A stretch of 64,000 bases of DNA from Octopus sinensis (lineage: Eukaryota): positions 23,188,001 through 23,252,000 of the forward strand of contig NC_042998.1 of NCBI RefSeq assembly GCF_006345805.1, read 5' to 3'. A model generated the notes under the pieces. That model was not told the origin of the DNA, searched no databases, and worked only from the letters and a program-made list of their open reading frames with translations. Positions 12,346 to 24,270 of the stretch are shown piece by piece; within the stretch, counting starts at the first letter, position 1, and every line of letters starts with the position of its first letter. A program made the translations under genes and the position numbers.

Positions 12346-13629
12346 TGCCACAAGCAATAAAAGATGTATGTATGTGTGTATGTGCACATCAATATGTTTG
12401 AATGTTGATATTCCACTTGAATGAAATGGTGAAGACATTGGCATTTATTGTTGACATTATGACCAGTCATTCTGCATTTTCCAAGATCTCTGGAATGAAA
12501 TATCTCTTGAAAAAACAGGCAAAGGTTGGCAGCAGGAAGAGCACCCTGTTGTAAAATTCTGTCTCAAATAACTTTCCTGTTCCAGCCTATGATAGCATGG
12601 GAAAATAGACATTAAACAAATGAATGAACAACAAGGCAGGAAGAATTCTATTCTTTCGTAAGTTGAAGAACATTGCTGCATTTGAAAACCTGAAATAAAG
12701 TACAATGAAAGACAAATGCTAACCCATTTTTGCAATTCATTTAACCTTTTCAAATACCAACCAGTATTTGACACATGTGCTGAACAACTAAAAAATTGAT
12801 AAAGTTTCTATGATATATCATTTCTTGAAATGTGAATGAGGAATTTTTTTAATGAATGAAATTTATAACTGCATTTTCTTCAAGGATTACAAAAAGATCA
12901 TCATCATCATCATTATTTAACGTCCGTTTTCCATGCTAGCATGGGTTGGACGGTTCAACTGGGGTTTGGGAAACCAGGAGGCTGCACCAGGCTATAGTAG
13001 AAGACACTTGCCCAAGGTGCCACGCAGTGGGACTGAACCCGGAACCATGTGGTTGGTAAGCAAGCTACTTACAACACAGCCACTCCTGCACTTGTTTATT
13101 AACAAAAAAAAAAAACATTGCCTTCTGATATTTATTGTTACCTTTATATAAAACATAAATTTATACATTCCAAACCTTCTTACATGCACACATCTAAATA
13201 TACTTTCTAAAGTGGTAATCCTTCCTCTTGTTACAGGGTTTATCCGATTGTGCAGGACCACGAGGAGGTGTCTTCTATCATAGCCTAGCCTTGTACTGAC
13301 TAATACCATATGAGTGGAATTTAGTACCTTGATACTGAGCTGAAGCCCATTGTGTGTGTATGTGTGTTGTGTGTGCATGCGTGTGTGTTAATGGTTGTTT
13401 TTGCGTTCAGTTATAATAAAAACAATTTTACATTAATCTGATGGGTTACTCTGTACTTTTGTTGAGTACGAGTTTATTTTTAAGCAAAAATATTACTGAC
13501 AGGGACTTTGAAGTTTTGGCCAGTCCAATGATGGCTTGACTGGCTGAAACCTTGAAGTCACTATCAATAAAATACTTGTTTAAGAATAATATATGTATAT
13601 ATATATGGATGTATGTTTGTGCATATGTA

Positions 13630-14030
13630 TGTGTCTGAGGAATTTCAACTGTGTTTCGTGGTCTGCTACCACAACAGCTCCTTTATAGGATCCAGTTAGC
13701 TCAAGACATCATCAGGAGGAACCGCGTCCGGTTTCGGCCCCTACTCCTCTACCATTTTGACGTGCTCTCCCCCCACACTTTCGGAGGTGTCTTCAGCTCT
13801 GGTATTGAGTGCATGTCTTCTTTCTTCTGTTACCTGGCCTCTTCGATGTAGTGTCAATGAGTGTCAGCAGGCGACTGACTTTCTTGTCAAATTTTTCCCT
13901 TTAAATACCTGCTGCTAGGCTCCAGCAGGCAGCCCCAGCAAGTTGTCACGTGACACTGTCTCAACTTTAAATGACCGATGAAGGAGCGTAGTCTTAGCCC
14001 ACGCATTCTCCAAACGACCGTCACCTATGG
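13630..14030 (-). mobile_element. Penelope-like LTR fragment with two hammerhead-like cores
   Basis: The minus strand carries CTGAAGA...cGAAAC (13796-13731) directly followed by CTGATGA...cGAAAC (13715-13653). The PLE assignment is inferred from this motif. Confidence 0.45.
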
Positions 14031-15333
14031 ATACATCATCATCATGATCATCATTTTAATGTCTACTTTTCCCTGATTGCATGGATTAGATGAAATTCAT
14101 TGAAATTGGATGCTCTTCCTGCTACCAACCATCATCTGTTTCCTAGCAAGGTAATGTTTTCTCTCTTGCCCAGATGTACTTCCCATGGGAGGTTGCAAAC
14201 AAACATTACAGCTTGTATGATGGCAAAGCTTGTTTATAATGAGTGGAGACTGTTAAAAACAAAGGCAACACACACACACACACACACGTGTGTTATAGTG
14301 GTGGTAGTGTTTGGTGCTGGCAGGTTTTATCCCAAGGTATGTTGACATAGAAGAAAATATCAATGCTCCTTTTAGGCTGTCTGTTGTGTACAATTTGCAA
14401 CGTGGCTAAAATAGATTTTTTTTTTTATTTTGTTATCAATATTTTTATTTTGTCAATAACAGAAAAGGGAGCTCCCAGCTCTTTTAGTTTGGTTGTTTGG
14501 CCCGAAAAAATATCATGCCCTGCTGTCTTGAAAGAAAACAATAAGCATACATTAAAGAACTAAGAAAGAAATATATCCTTAAAAAAAAAAAATGTTTCAG
14601 CCCGAAAGCTCCGGCCATGCTGGGGCATCACTGTTGAAATGAGCTACACTAGTATGTGAAACCACTTCTGATATGTGGCACTTGGTATAAGAAAAATAAT
14701 CAGGGCCAGAATACTTTTTATCTGCTTGATCATAGCTGACCGATGTAACAGCAACAACAACAACATCAACAACAACAGCAACAACAACAACAACAGCAAC
14801 AACAATAACAACAGCAGCAACAGTAAAATGTGTGAAAAGCTATGGTGCTTCAATACTTTTTATATAAAGAATCCAAATGGAATGCACATGAACTCTAAGG
14901 CAAAGAACATGACTTAGCTCAGTCCATTAAACTAGGAAATAACCATTAATTCGATTCACAGCAGAATGGAGGGGAGCATCTGAGCATAAAACAACATCCT
15001 CCAACGATTCACTCAGATTATAAACTGAGAAATCATTCAAGCTGTAAAACCAATCTAACCAAGCCATCAGGTGGAAAAAACCCAAAAACAAACAAAAAGA
15101 AAAACAGAAAAACAAAACAAAACAACCATCTCATATTCTTCTATTTGTTTCAGTCATTTGACTGTGGCCATGCTGGAGTACCACATTTAGTCAAACAAAT
15201 CGACCCCAGGACTTATTTCTTTGTAAGCCTAGTATTTATTCTATTGGTCTCTTTTGCCGAACCGCTAAGTTACCGGGATGTAAACACACGAACATCAGCA
15301 TAGATCTTGTATGTCTAAAGCCACTGTGTAAAA

Positions 15334-16274
15334 CAGTGGTTCCTAACCCCTTTTTGCCTATGAACCCCTTTGATTCTTAATTTACTTGGGTGAATCCTCC
15401 TAGCTATTCAATATTTAAAAAAAATTAAATTTTTGTAAATAAATACTATTAAGAATAATATAAAAATAATTATTAACATCTTTTGTATATTGTAGAATTA
15501 TAACTAATTTCAGTTCTATATTTAAGAGATGAGGAATTATGTACATTATTTACATTTGATAGATATGGCAAAGTGGTTAAGAGCGTGGGCTACTAACCCC
15601 AAGATTCAAAGTTTGATTTCAGGCAGTGACTTGAATAATAATAATAATTGATTGATTGATTGATTGAAGAGGAGGAAGAGGAGGAGGAGGACGACGATGA
15701 CGACGACATGCCCTAATGCAGTACCAGACAGTGGATCTCATGGCTTCTGATCTTAACTGATTGGAAGTGTTATCATGTACATTGTTTTGTCTTGGTATAA
15801 AAGATGGACTACAGCAAATATTCTGCTCAATACCACAGATTTGCTTGTCAGTTGTTTGATCTTAACCAAATGAACATGTCCCTTGGTGGCTGACGATATG
15901 TGCATCTCTGACCACAAGCAGAAATAGTGGAGGAGCATCATAGCTGTGTGTTGAAAGGAATTCTTAGAGGTTTGGATAATTCACCTTTGGAAAAATGGGT
16001 GGTTCATTCATCATCCTTAAATAAACCTTATTCAAGGACCTTTTGAGAAGGAAGGGTTACTCGACCAGAAGAAAATTCTAACTGGGTCCCACCTGCAAGG
16101 TCATGCGCTATTTATCTTGATATGAGATCACCATGTTACAAACATATGGTTGTGATGCATGTGTCTGGTGTACCCTTATCAGACGGGTAGTCATGATGGG
16201 TATACTGGGCTTCGTATATTTTACCCCAGTGTCACTTTGATGGCATGCACTGCTCTCTCACTCAATAATAATAA

Positions 16275-16309
<35 letters not shown>

Positions 16310-16541
16310 CAACATCGAAAAATACCTTAGGAATGAGAACCCAGGTTTGAAATTTCCCCAAGACACCTGATGAAAGCCGAAATGTGTGAACAACAAACAA
16401 GATGAGGACAAACATCCGTCAAATGTAAATAATTTAAATAATGTATATAACCAATTTATTGTAGATAAATTTTAGCAAAATCTTATTTGGACCCCCAAGG
16501 ATCATATGAACCCTGGTTGTGACCCCAGCTGTGAACCACTG
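15334..16541. mobile_element. hAT MITE split by nested repeats
   Basis: TIRs cagtggttcc / gaaccactg; degenerate 8-bp TSD gtgtaaaa/gtgcaaac; the interior holds a Penelope-like repeat. Confidence 0.55.
15700..16435 (+). repeat. Interspersed repeat ending in a Penelope-like hammerhead motif
   Basis: Non-coding block, (TAA)n, then acacCTGATGAaagccGAAAtgtgtg at 16363-16389. Confidence 0.45.
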
Positions 16542-17315
16542 GTGCAAACTCTTGTGGTGGAGAGTTAAAGAAAGGAGAGATTAGCAAAAGAAAGACCAGG
16601 TTGGCTAATTAATATTCTCTTTGAATTTCAGAGAGCGGCTGCACAAGATGTGAGTTGTGCAGCAGATGTGCTAGAAACGGATGATAAAAGTGAGTTCCAC
16701 TGATACAGGCCGAGCTAATAGTGGAGAATGAAAAGAACAAAGGTGAGACAAAGAATAAAATAAGATAATTTGAATTGATGAAAGAGAAATGAAGTTCAAA
16801 AGAGAAGAGATAATAGAAGACAGGAAATTGGCAATTCTGCAGATTTGAGTAAATATAGAGAAACAACCAAGATGTAAGGTAGAATTATATTCAGGTAGAA
16901 ATTTCCTAAATGAGACAATGTTAGAGTAAATATATGTATACAAAATTCTCTGTAGTCAGTACTCTCTTCTTTCATTTACATACTGTTAGTATTCGAATGC
17001 GCATGTGCATGTGTGTTCTTAACGCAATCTCTTAAGTACATATATTTACATGTGTGTATATATGTGTGTGTGTGTGACAAGCAAAGCTGATAGTGCTAAA
17101 AAGATTACCTTGAAAATTAAGAGGGTAAACAAAATACAGATAATTCGTTAGATAAGAAGGCAGAAAAACAACCATGTATATATTGCGTATTCAGTGTTAA
17201 CATTTACCGTGTCAGTGCTGGGCAAAGTAGTGGGGTGGCCAGGTGGGAACATGTAGCCATGTGTAAGAATCCCTTGATTGTCAGCAAACAATTATACCAA
17301 CCCGCTTCCTTTCAG

Positions 17316-17460
17316 ATGCAGAAAACACGCAACAAACAACCAAAGCACCAGCAAAAATTACCCTATCTCTGTTAGGTACAAAACTTCAAGGTTGCTACTA
17401 TCAATGTTAGAACATCATTGATGATAGGAAAGAACACAGTCACTTGCGAACCATTCTAGG
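17316..17460 (+). mobile_element. Short LINE endonuclease N-terminal relic
   Basis: One frame reads NFKVATINVRT, resembling APE motif I (xATxNVRTL). It is preceded by ttcctttcag. Confidence 0.35.
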
Positions 17461-17669
17461 TAAGTAACAGTATGGGAGTTGGAAGAACAAGCGTATAGTT
17501 GGCAGATAAATAAATAATATGGGATAGAGCTTGCTCGTTTGTTTTACCGCATTCTGGTTCAACTTTTGACTTGTCTTTCAAAGTAGGGACTTTTTTTTAT
17601 TCCCCTAAACTTTAAAGGAGCCACAAGGAATGATGTTTGCAGAAAATGTAAACATAATATTACTATTTC

Positions 17670-17924
17670 GTGGAGGCATGTGGCTTAGTGGTTAAGGTGT
17701 CAGCATCATGATCGTAAGATTGTGGTTTCGATTCGTGGACCGGGCAATGCGTTGTATTCTTGAACAAAACACTTCATTTCACGTTGCTCCAGTCCACTCA
17801 GCTGGCAAAAATGAGTAATGCTACGATGGACTGGCGTCCCATCCAGCTGGGGAACACATACACCATAGAAACCGGGCCCATGAGCCTGGCTAGGCTTTAA
17901 AAAAGGGCGCATTTATTTTTTTTT
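17670..17924 (+). mobile_element. V-SINE-like tRNA-headed SINE
   Basis: A/B boxes; gatggactggcgtcccatccag resembles the V-domain; perfect 16-bp TSD ataatattactatttc (17654, 17925). Confidence 0.8.
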
Positions 17925-19107
17925 ATAATATTACTATTTCAGGCTGGAACAGTCTCATGTGAAGAAGCAAAAATGACAATATCCATGCACTCATACATAC
18001 ACACATATACATATGTACATGACAGGCTTCTGTATAGTTTCCATTTAACAATTCAAATGTGATCGATGCCTGGGCCACCTGACTTGCTCCTGTGCCAGTG
18101 GCACGTAAAAAGTACCATGCGAATATGGCCCATGCCAGTGCCCCCTGACTGGCTACCATGCTGGTGGCACATAAAAAAGCAGTCTGAACGTGACCGATGC
18201 CAGACCCACCTGACTGGCTCCTATGCCAGTGGTATCTAAAAAGCACCCACTACACTCTCGGAGTGGTTGGCATTAGGAAGGACATCTAGCTGTAGAAACA
18301 TTACCAGATCAGATTCAAGCCTGGTACAGCCACTGACTTTCCAGACCTCAGTCAAACCGTCCAACCCATGCCAGCATGGAAAACGGACTTAAACGATGAT
18401 AATGATGATGACAATGATGAATTTCACTCATAAGGCATTGGTTAACCCAAGGCTATAGTAGAAGATACATGCCAAGGTGCCAGTGTGATACAGTCAAGCT
18501 GAGCCTGACACTAGAATATGTGACAGAATAATTAAGCTTAGTTTAGTTAAAGGCAACATGATAGCAATAGTCATCTTTGCCTGCATACCACAATTATGAC
18601 TAACTAATTAACAAAGCAACCTTTTCTATGAGCTTTAGCTAAATAATTCAATATCGAACAACAGAGACTTAGTTATTATAGCTAGTAGCTGGCAGTAACG
18701 AAGTTTGATAATACAGTGTGTTCTAAAAGTCTCTTTGCAGTGAATTTTCTCTCTTCAAGATGGATTTCAAAATATGACAACACTTTCAACACCTCTTATA
18801 AAGTTTTTTTTCAGTCTTGTAAAGTCTAATATATTCTTTTGTAGTCTTATACCATCTTATAAATATTTATTCTGCAATAAAATACTTAATGCAGAGAGAC
18901 TTATTGAACACCTTGTACTATAATGGTTAATCTTATATTCATGGAGACTATATTTAGAATACAAGGAATGTAGTGGGATTGGGTCTTTTAGACTATTCAC
19001 AACACTAACTTCTGGAAACTGGCCAGCCTCCTGATCATCGATCATTTAGATAAATATGCAAACCAATGAGACTTTATACTCATCAGGAAACAGGACAGTC
19101 AGCTATT

Positions 19108-19619
19108 TGTGACCCCCTTCGGTCATGAATGACCATGGGATTGCACCTAGAAAGTTACCCTCTGAGGCACAAGTCTGGGCAAGGTTGTTTATGGAAGACC
19201 AGCAGTTGCCCATGCATACCAGCCTCCCCTCTCCACGCCACTGATGTTATCCAAGAGAGAGGCAATGGCCGATACAGCTTGGCACCAGTGACATCGCAGC
19301 TCATTTATTAACTTGCAAGTGACTGAACACTCCACAGACACGTGAACCCTTAACGTAGTTCTTGGGGAGATTCAGCGTGACACAGAGTGTGACAAGGCTG
19401 GCCCTTTGAAATACAGGTACAACAGAAACAAGAAGAAAGAGTGAGAGAAAGTTGTGGTGAAAGAGTACAGCAGGGTTCACCACCACCCCCTGCTGGAGCC
19501 TCATGGAGCTTTGGGTGTTTTTGCTCAATAAACACTCACAATGCCTGGTGTGGGAATCGAAACTGTGATCCTATGACCACGAGTCCGCTGCCCTAACCAC
19601 TGGGCCATTGCGTCTCCAC
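19108..19619 (-). mobile_element. Chimeric SINE: family C head and body fused to a family D body and tail
   Basis: A single 11-13 bp TSD (ac)agtcagctatt flanks both parts; the switch point is at about 19310. Confidence 0.75.
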
Positions 19620-19669
19620 AGTCAGCTATTAGTTGTGAATAATAATAGTTTTCCTGGTGAAGAATGTAC

Positions 19670-20300
19670 CACTCAACACAGACTAAGGATTAGTGATGTC
19701 AGAGTAAGAGCTTGACCAACCCAGAAACACAAAACACTCTGAAGAAGGAAGGTATGGAAGTTGAAAGATCCTTTGATGAGATGTAAGTTGAAAGAAATAC
19801 TAGGTAATACAAGTGCCAAGCAGGTAGACAAAGAAATTCTACAAGATAACCTTCTTTGAATCCTAAAGAAGATCCATGATTGAAGCAAGATCCCAGGCAG
19901 ATTAAAGGTGATACAAATAGTATAAAGCTGAGAGACAGGCCTAGACAGAACAGAAGAGACAGGGGGTAAGGAACAATATAAGGCAGCTAGAAGGGAAAAC
20001 ACGATTTCAGGTATACCTAACAAGGAGAGAAACAGAAAATAAGAGATCAGCTAATGTTTTGTGATGTATCATAAATATGAAGTGTTCTGGATTGCAAAGC
20101 AGTGTGTCGGAATGAATCAGGAAATTATTGGTGAGGAGTGCACTTGCTCTCACTAATGCTCAGGAGAGTATGTTATAATGAAAGGCTTCTAAGTTAGAGG
20201 AATGTATGGAAGAGAGAAGGATTATCCAAAGTAGACCCAAAAGAGGGACTAGATATTGAAATTGACAGCTATGGATATGAAGGTAAGGGAAGTAATTGGA
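19670..20300 (+). mobile_element. Old decayed RTE LINE fragment, left part (interrupted by the younger minus-strand LINE)
   Basis: Degenerate translation (QYKAARRE, QVYL, VFWIAKQCV, KVDPKEG) aligns by eye with the EN-RT linker of the young element. Confidence 0.6.
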
Positions 20301-20469
20301 TCATTCATCATCATCATCATCATCATTTAACGTCCGCTTTCCATGCTAGCATGGGTTGGACGGTTCAACTGGGGTCTGGGGAGCCCGAAAGCTGCACCAG
20401 TCCAGTCAGATCTGGCAGTGTTTCTACAGCTGGATGCCCTTCCTAACGCCAACCACTCCGAGAGTGTAG

Positions 20470-23400
20470 TGGGTGATTTTATGTGCCACCGACACAGGTG
20501 CCAGACGAGGCTGGCAAACGTCCACGCTCGGATGGTGTTTTTTATGTGCCACCGACACAGGTGCCAGACAAAGCTGGCAGACGGCCACGCTCGGATGGTG
20601 TTTTTATGTGCCACCGACACAGGTGCCAGGTGAGGCTGGCAAACGGCCACGATCGGATGGTGTTTGTTACGTGCCCACAGCACGGAGGCCAGTCGATGCG
20701 GTACTGGCTACGGCCACATTCGGATGGTTTTCTTGTGTGCCACGTGCCACCGGCACTGGTACCACAAAGATACAATTCCATTGATGTTCATCTATTTTGA
20801 TTTGTTTTGATTTTCACTTGCCTCAACAGGTCTTCACAAGTGTCACAAGAAGGAAGGTATGCACAGGTGGACTGACTACGTCCCAGGTAGGGGCCACAGG
20901 TTATGGCCTGACTAGTCTTGCGGGTCTTCGGAGTGGTGTTTTTATGTGCCACTGACACAGGTGCCAGATGAGGCTGGCGAACGGCCACGATCGGATGGTG
21001 TTTGTTACGTGCCCACAGCATGGAGGCCAGTCGGTGCGGTACTGGCTACGGCCACGTTCGGATGGTTTTCTTGTGTGCCACCGGCACTGGTACCACAAAG
21101 ATACAATTCCATTAATGTTCATCTATTTTGATTTGATTTGATTTGATTTGTTTTGATTTCATTTTGATTTTCACTTGCCTCAACAGGCCTTCACAAGTAT
21201 CACAAGGAGGAAGGTATGCACAGGTGGACTGACTACGTCCCAGGTAGGGGCCATGGGATAAGGCCTAACCAGTCTTGCCGGGTCTTCGGATGGTGTTTTT
21301 ATGTGCCACCGACACAGGTGCTAGATGAGGCTGGCGAACGGCCACGATCGGATGGTGTTTGTTATGTGCCCACAGCACGATGGCCAGTCGATGCGGTACT
21401 GACTACGGCCACGTTCGGATGGATTTCTTGTGTGCCACAGGCACTGGTACCACAAAGATACAAATTCCATTGATGTTCATCTATTTTGATTTGATTTGAT
21501 TTTCACTTGCCTCAACAGGTCTTCACAAGTGTCACAAGAAGGAAGGTATGCACAGGTGGACTGACTAGTCTTGTCGGGTCTTCGGAAGGTGTTTTTATGT
21601 GCCACCGACACAGGTGCCAGATGAGGCTGGCGAACGGCCATGATCGGATGGTGTTTGTTACGTGCCCACAGCACGGAGGCCGGTCGATGCAGAACTGGCT
21701 ACGGCCACATTCGGATGGTTCTCTTGTGTGCCACCGGCACTGGTACCACAAAGTGTGTGCCATCGGCACTGGTACCACAAAGATACAGATTCCATTGATG
21801 TTCATCTATTTTGATTTGTTTTGATTTTGATTTTCACTTGCCTCAACAGGTCTTCACAAGTGTCACAAGAAGGAAGGTATGCACAGGTGGACTGACTACG
21901 TCCCAGGTAGGGGCCATAGGTTATGACCTGACTAGTCTTGCCGGGTCTTCGGATGGTGTTTTTATGTGCCACCGACACAGGTGCCAGATGAGGCTGGCGA
22001 ACGGCCATGATCGGATGGTGTTTGTTACGTGCCCACAGCACGGAGGCCGGTCGATGCAGAACTGGCTACGGCCACTTTCGGATGGTCTCTTGTGTGCCAC
22101 CGGCACTGGTACCACAAGTGTGTGCCATCGGCACTGGTACCACAAAGATACAGATTCCATTGATGTTCATCTATTTTGATTTGTTTTGATTTTGATTTTC
22201 ACTTGCCTCAACAGGTCTTCACAAGTGTCACAAGAAGGAAGGTATGCACAGGTGGACTGACTACGTCCCAGGTAGGGGCCATAGGTTATGACCTGACTAG
22301 TCTTGCCGGGTCTTCGGATGGTGTTTTTATGTGCCACCGACACAGGTGCTAGATGAGGCTGGCGAACGGCCACGATTGGATGGTGTTTGTCATGTGCCCA
22401 CAGCACGGAGGCCAGTCGATGCGGTACTGGCTACGGCCACTTTCGGATGGTTTTCTCGTGTGCCACCGGCACTGGTACCACAAAGATACAGATTCCATTG
22501 ATGTTCATATATTTTGATTTGTTTTGATTTGATTTGATTTTCACTTGCCTCAACAGGCCTTCACAAGTATCACAAGGAGGAAGGTATGCACAGGTGGACT
22601 GACTACTTCCCAGGTAGGGGCCATGGGTTATGGCCTGACTAGTCTTGCCGGGTCTTCGGATGGTGTGTTTTTATGTGCCACCGACACAGGTGCTAGATGA
22701 GGCTGGCGAACGGCCACGATCGGATGGTGTTTGTTATGTGCCCACAGCACGATGGCCAGTCGATGCGGTACTGACTACGGCCACGTTCGGATGGATTTCT
22801 TGTGTGCCACAGGCACTGGTACCACAAAGATACAAATTCCATTGATGTTCATCTATTTTGATTGATTTGATTTTCACTTGCCTCAACAGGTCTTCACAAG
22901 TGTCACAAGAAGGAAGGTATGCACAGGTGGACTGACTAGTCTTGTCGGGTCTTCGGAAGGTGTTTTTATGGCCACCGACACAGGTGCCAGATGAGGCTGG
23001 CGAACGGCCATGATCGGATGGTGTTTGTTACGTGCCCACAGCACGGAGGCCGGTCGATGCAGAAATGGCTACGGCCACATTCGGATGGTTCTCTGTGTGC
23101 CACCGCACTGGTACCACAAAGTGTGTGCCATCGGCACTGGTACCACAAAGATACAGATTCCATTGATGTTCATCTATTTTGATTTGTTTTGATTTTGATT
23201 TTCACTTGCCTCAACAGGTCTTCACAAGTGTCACAAGAAGGAAGGTATGCACAGGTGGACTGACTACGTCCCAGGTAGGGGCCATAGGTTATGACCTGAC
23301 TAGTCTTGCCGGGTCTTCGGATGGTGTTTTTATGTGCCACCGACACAGGTGCTAGATGAGGCTGGCGAACGGCCACGATTGGATGGTGTTTGTCATGTGC

Positions 23401-24270
23401 CCACAGCACGGAGGCCAGTCGATGCGGTACTGGCTACGGCCACTTTCGGATGGTTTTCTCGTGTGCCACCGGCACTGGTACCACAAAGATACAGATTCCA
23501 TTGATGTTCATATATTTTGATTTGTTTTGATTTGATTTTGATTTTCACTTGCCTCAACAGGCCTTCACAAGTATCACAAGGAGGAAGGTATGCACAGGTG
23601 GACTGACTACTTCCCAGGTAGGGGCCATGGGTTATGGCCTGACTAGTCTTGCCGGGTCTTCGGATGGTGTTTTTATGTGCCACCGACACAGGTGCTAGAT
23701 GAGGCTGGCGAACGGCCACGATCGGATGGTGTTTGTTATGTGCCCACAGCACGATGGCCAGTGATGCGGTACTGACTACGGCCACGTTCAGATGGATTCT
23801 TGTGTGCCACCGGCACTGGTACCACAAAGATACAAATTCCATTGATGTTCATCTATTTTGATTTGTTTTGATTTTTGATTTTCACTTGCCTCAACAGGTC
23901 TTCACAAGTGTCACAAGAAGGAAAGTATGTACAGGTGGACTGACTACGTCCCAGGTAGGGGCCACGGGTTATGACCTGACTAGTCTTGCCGGGTCTTCGG
24001 ATGGTGTTTTTATGTGCCACCATGTTCCCACAGCACGGAGGCCAGTCGATGCGGTACTGGCTACGGCCACGTTCGGATGGTTTTCTTGTGTGCCACAGGC
24101 ACTGGTACCACAAAGATACAAATTCCATTGATGTTCATCTATTTTGATTGATTTTCACTTGCCTCAGCAGGTCTTCACAAGTGTCACAAGAAGGAAGGTA
24201 TGCACAGGTGGATCGACTACGTCCCAGGTAGGGGCCACGGGATATGGCCTGACTAGTCCTGCCGGGTCCT
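20470..24270 (-). repeat. Tandem array of about 290-365 bp units derived from the LINE ORF end and 3' UTR (11 units)
   Basis: The marker (g/a)atgttcat(c/a)tattttgat recurs at about 20783, 21110, 21471, 21797, 22162, 22500, 22843, 23165, 23503, 23843 and 24129. Most units carry the ORF-terminal gacccggcaagactag (minus strand). Confidence 0.95.

Noticed and set aside
16631-16688. Candidate exon RAAAQDVSCAADVLETDDK with AG/GT ends
   Set aside because: No homology; the surrounding purine-rich DNA looks like a decayed repeat.
20470-24270. CRISPR-like repeat-spacer array
   Set aside because: Eukaryotic context. Whole units are homologous with no unique spacers, there are no cas genes, and the units derive from a LINE 3' UTR.
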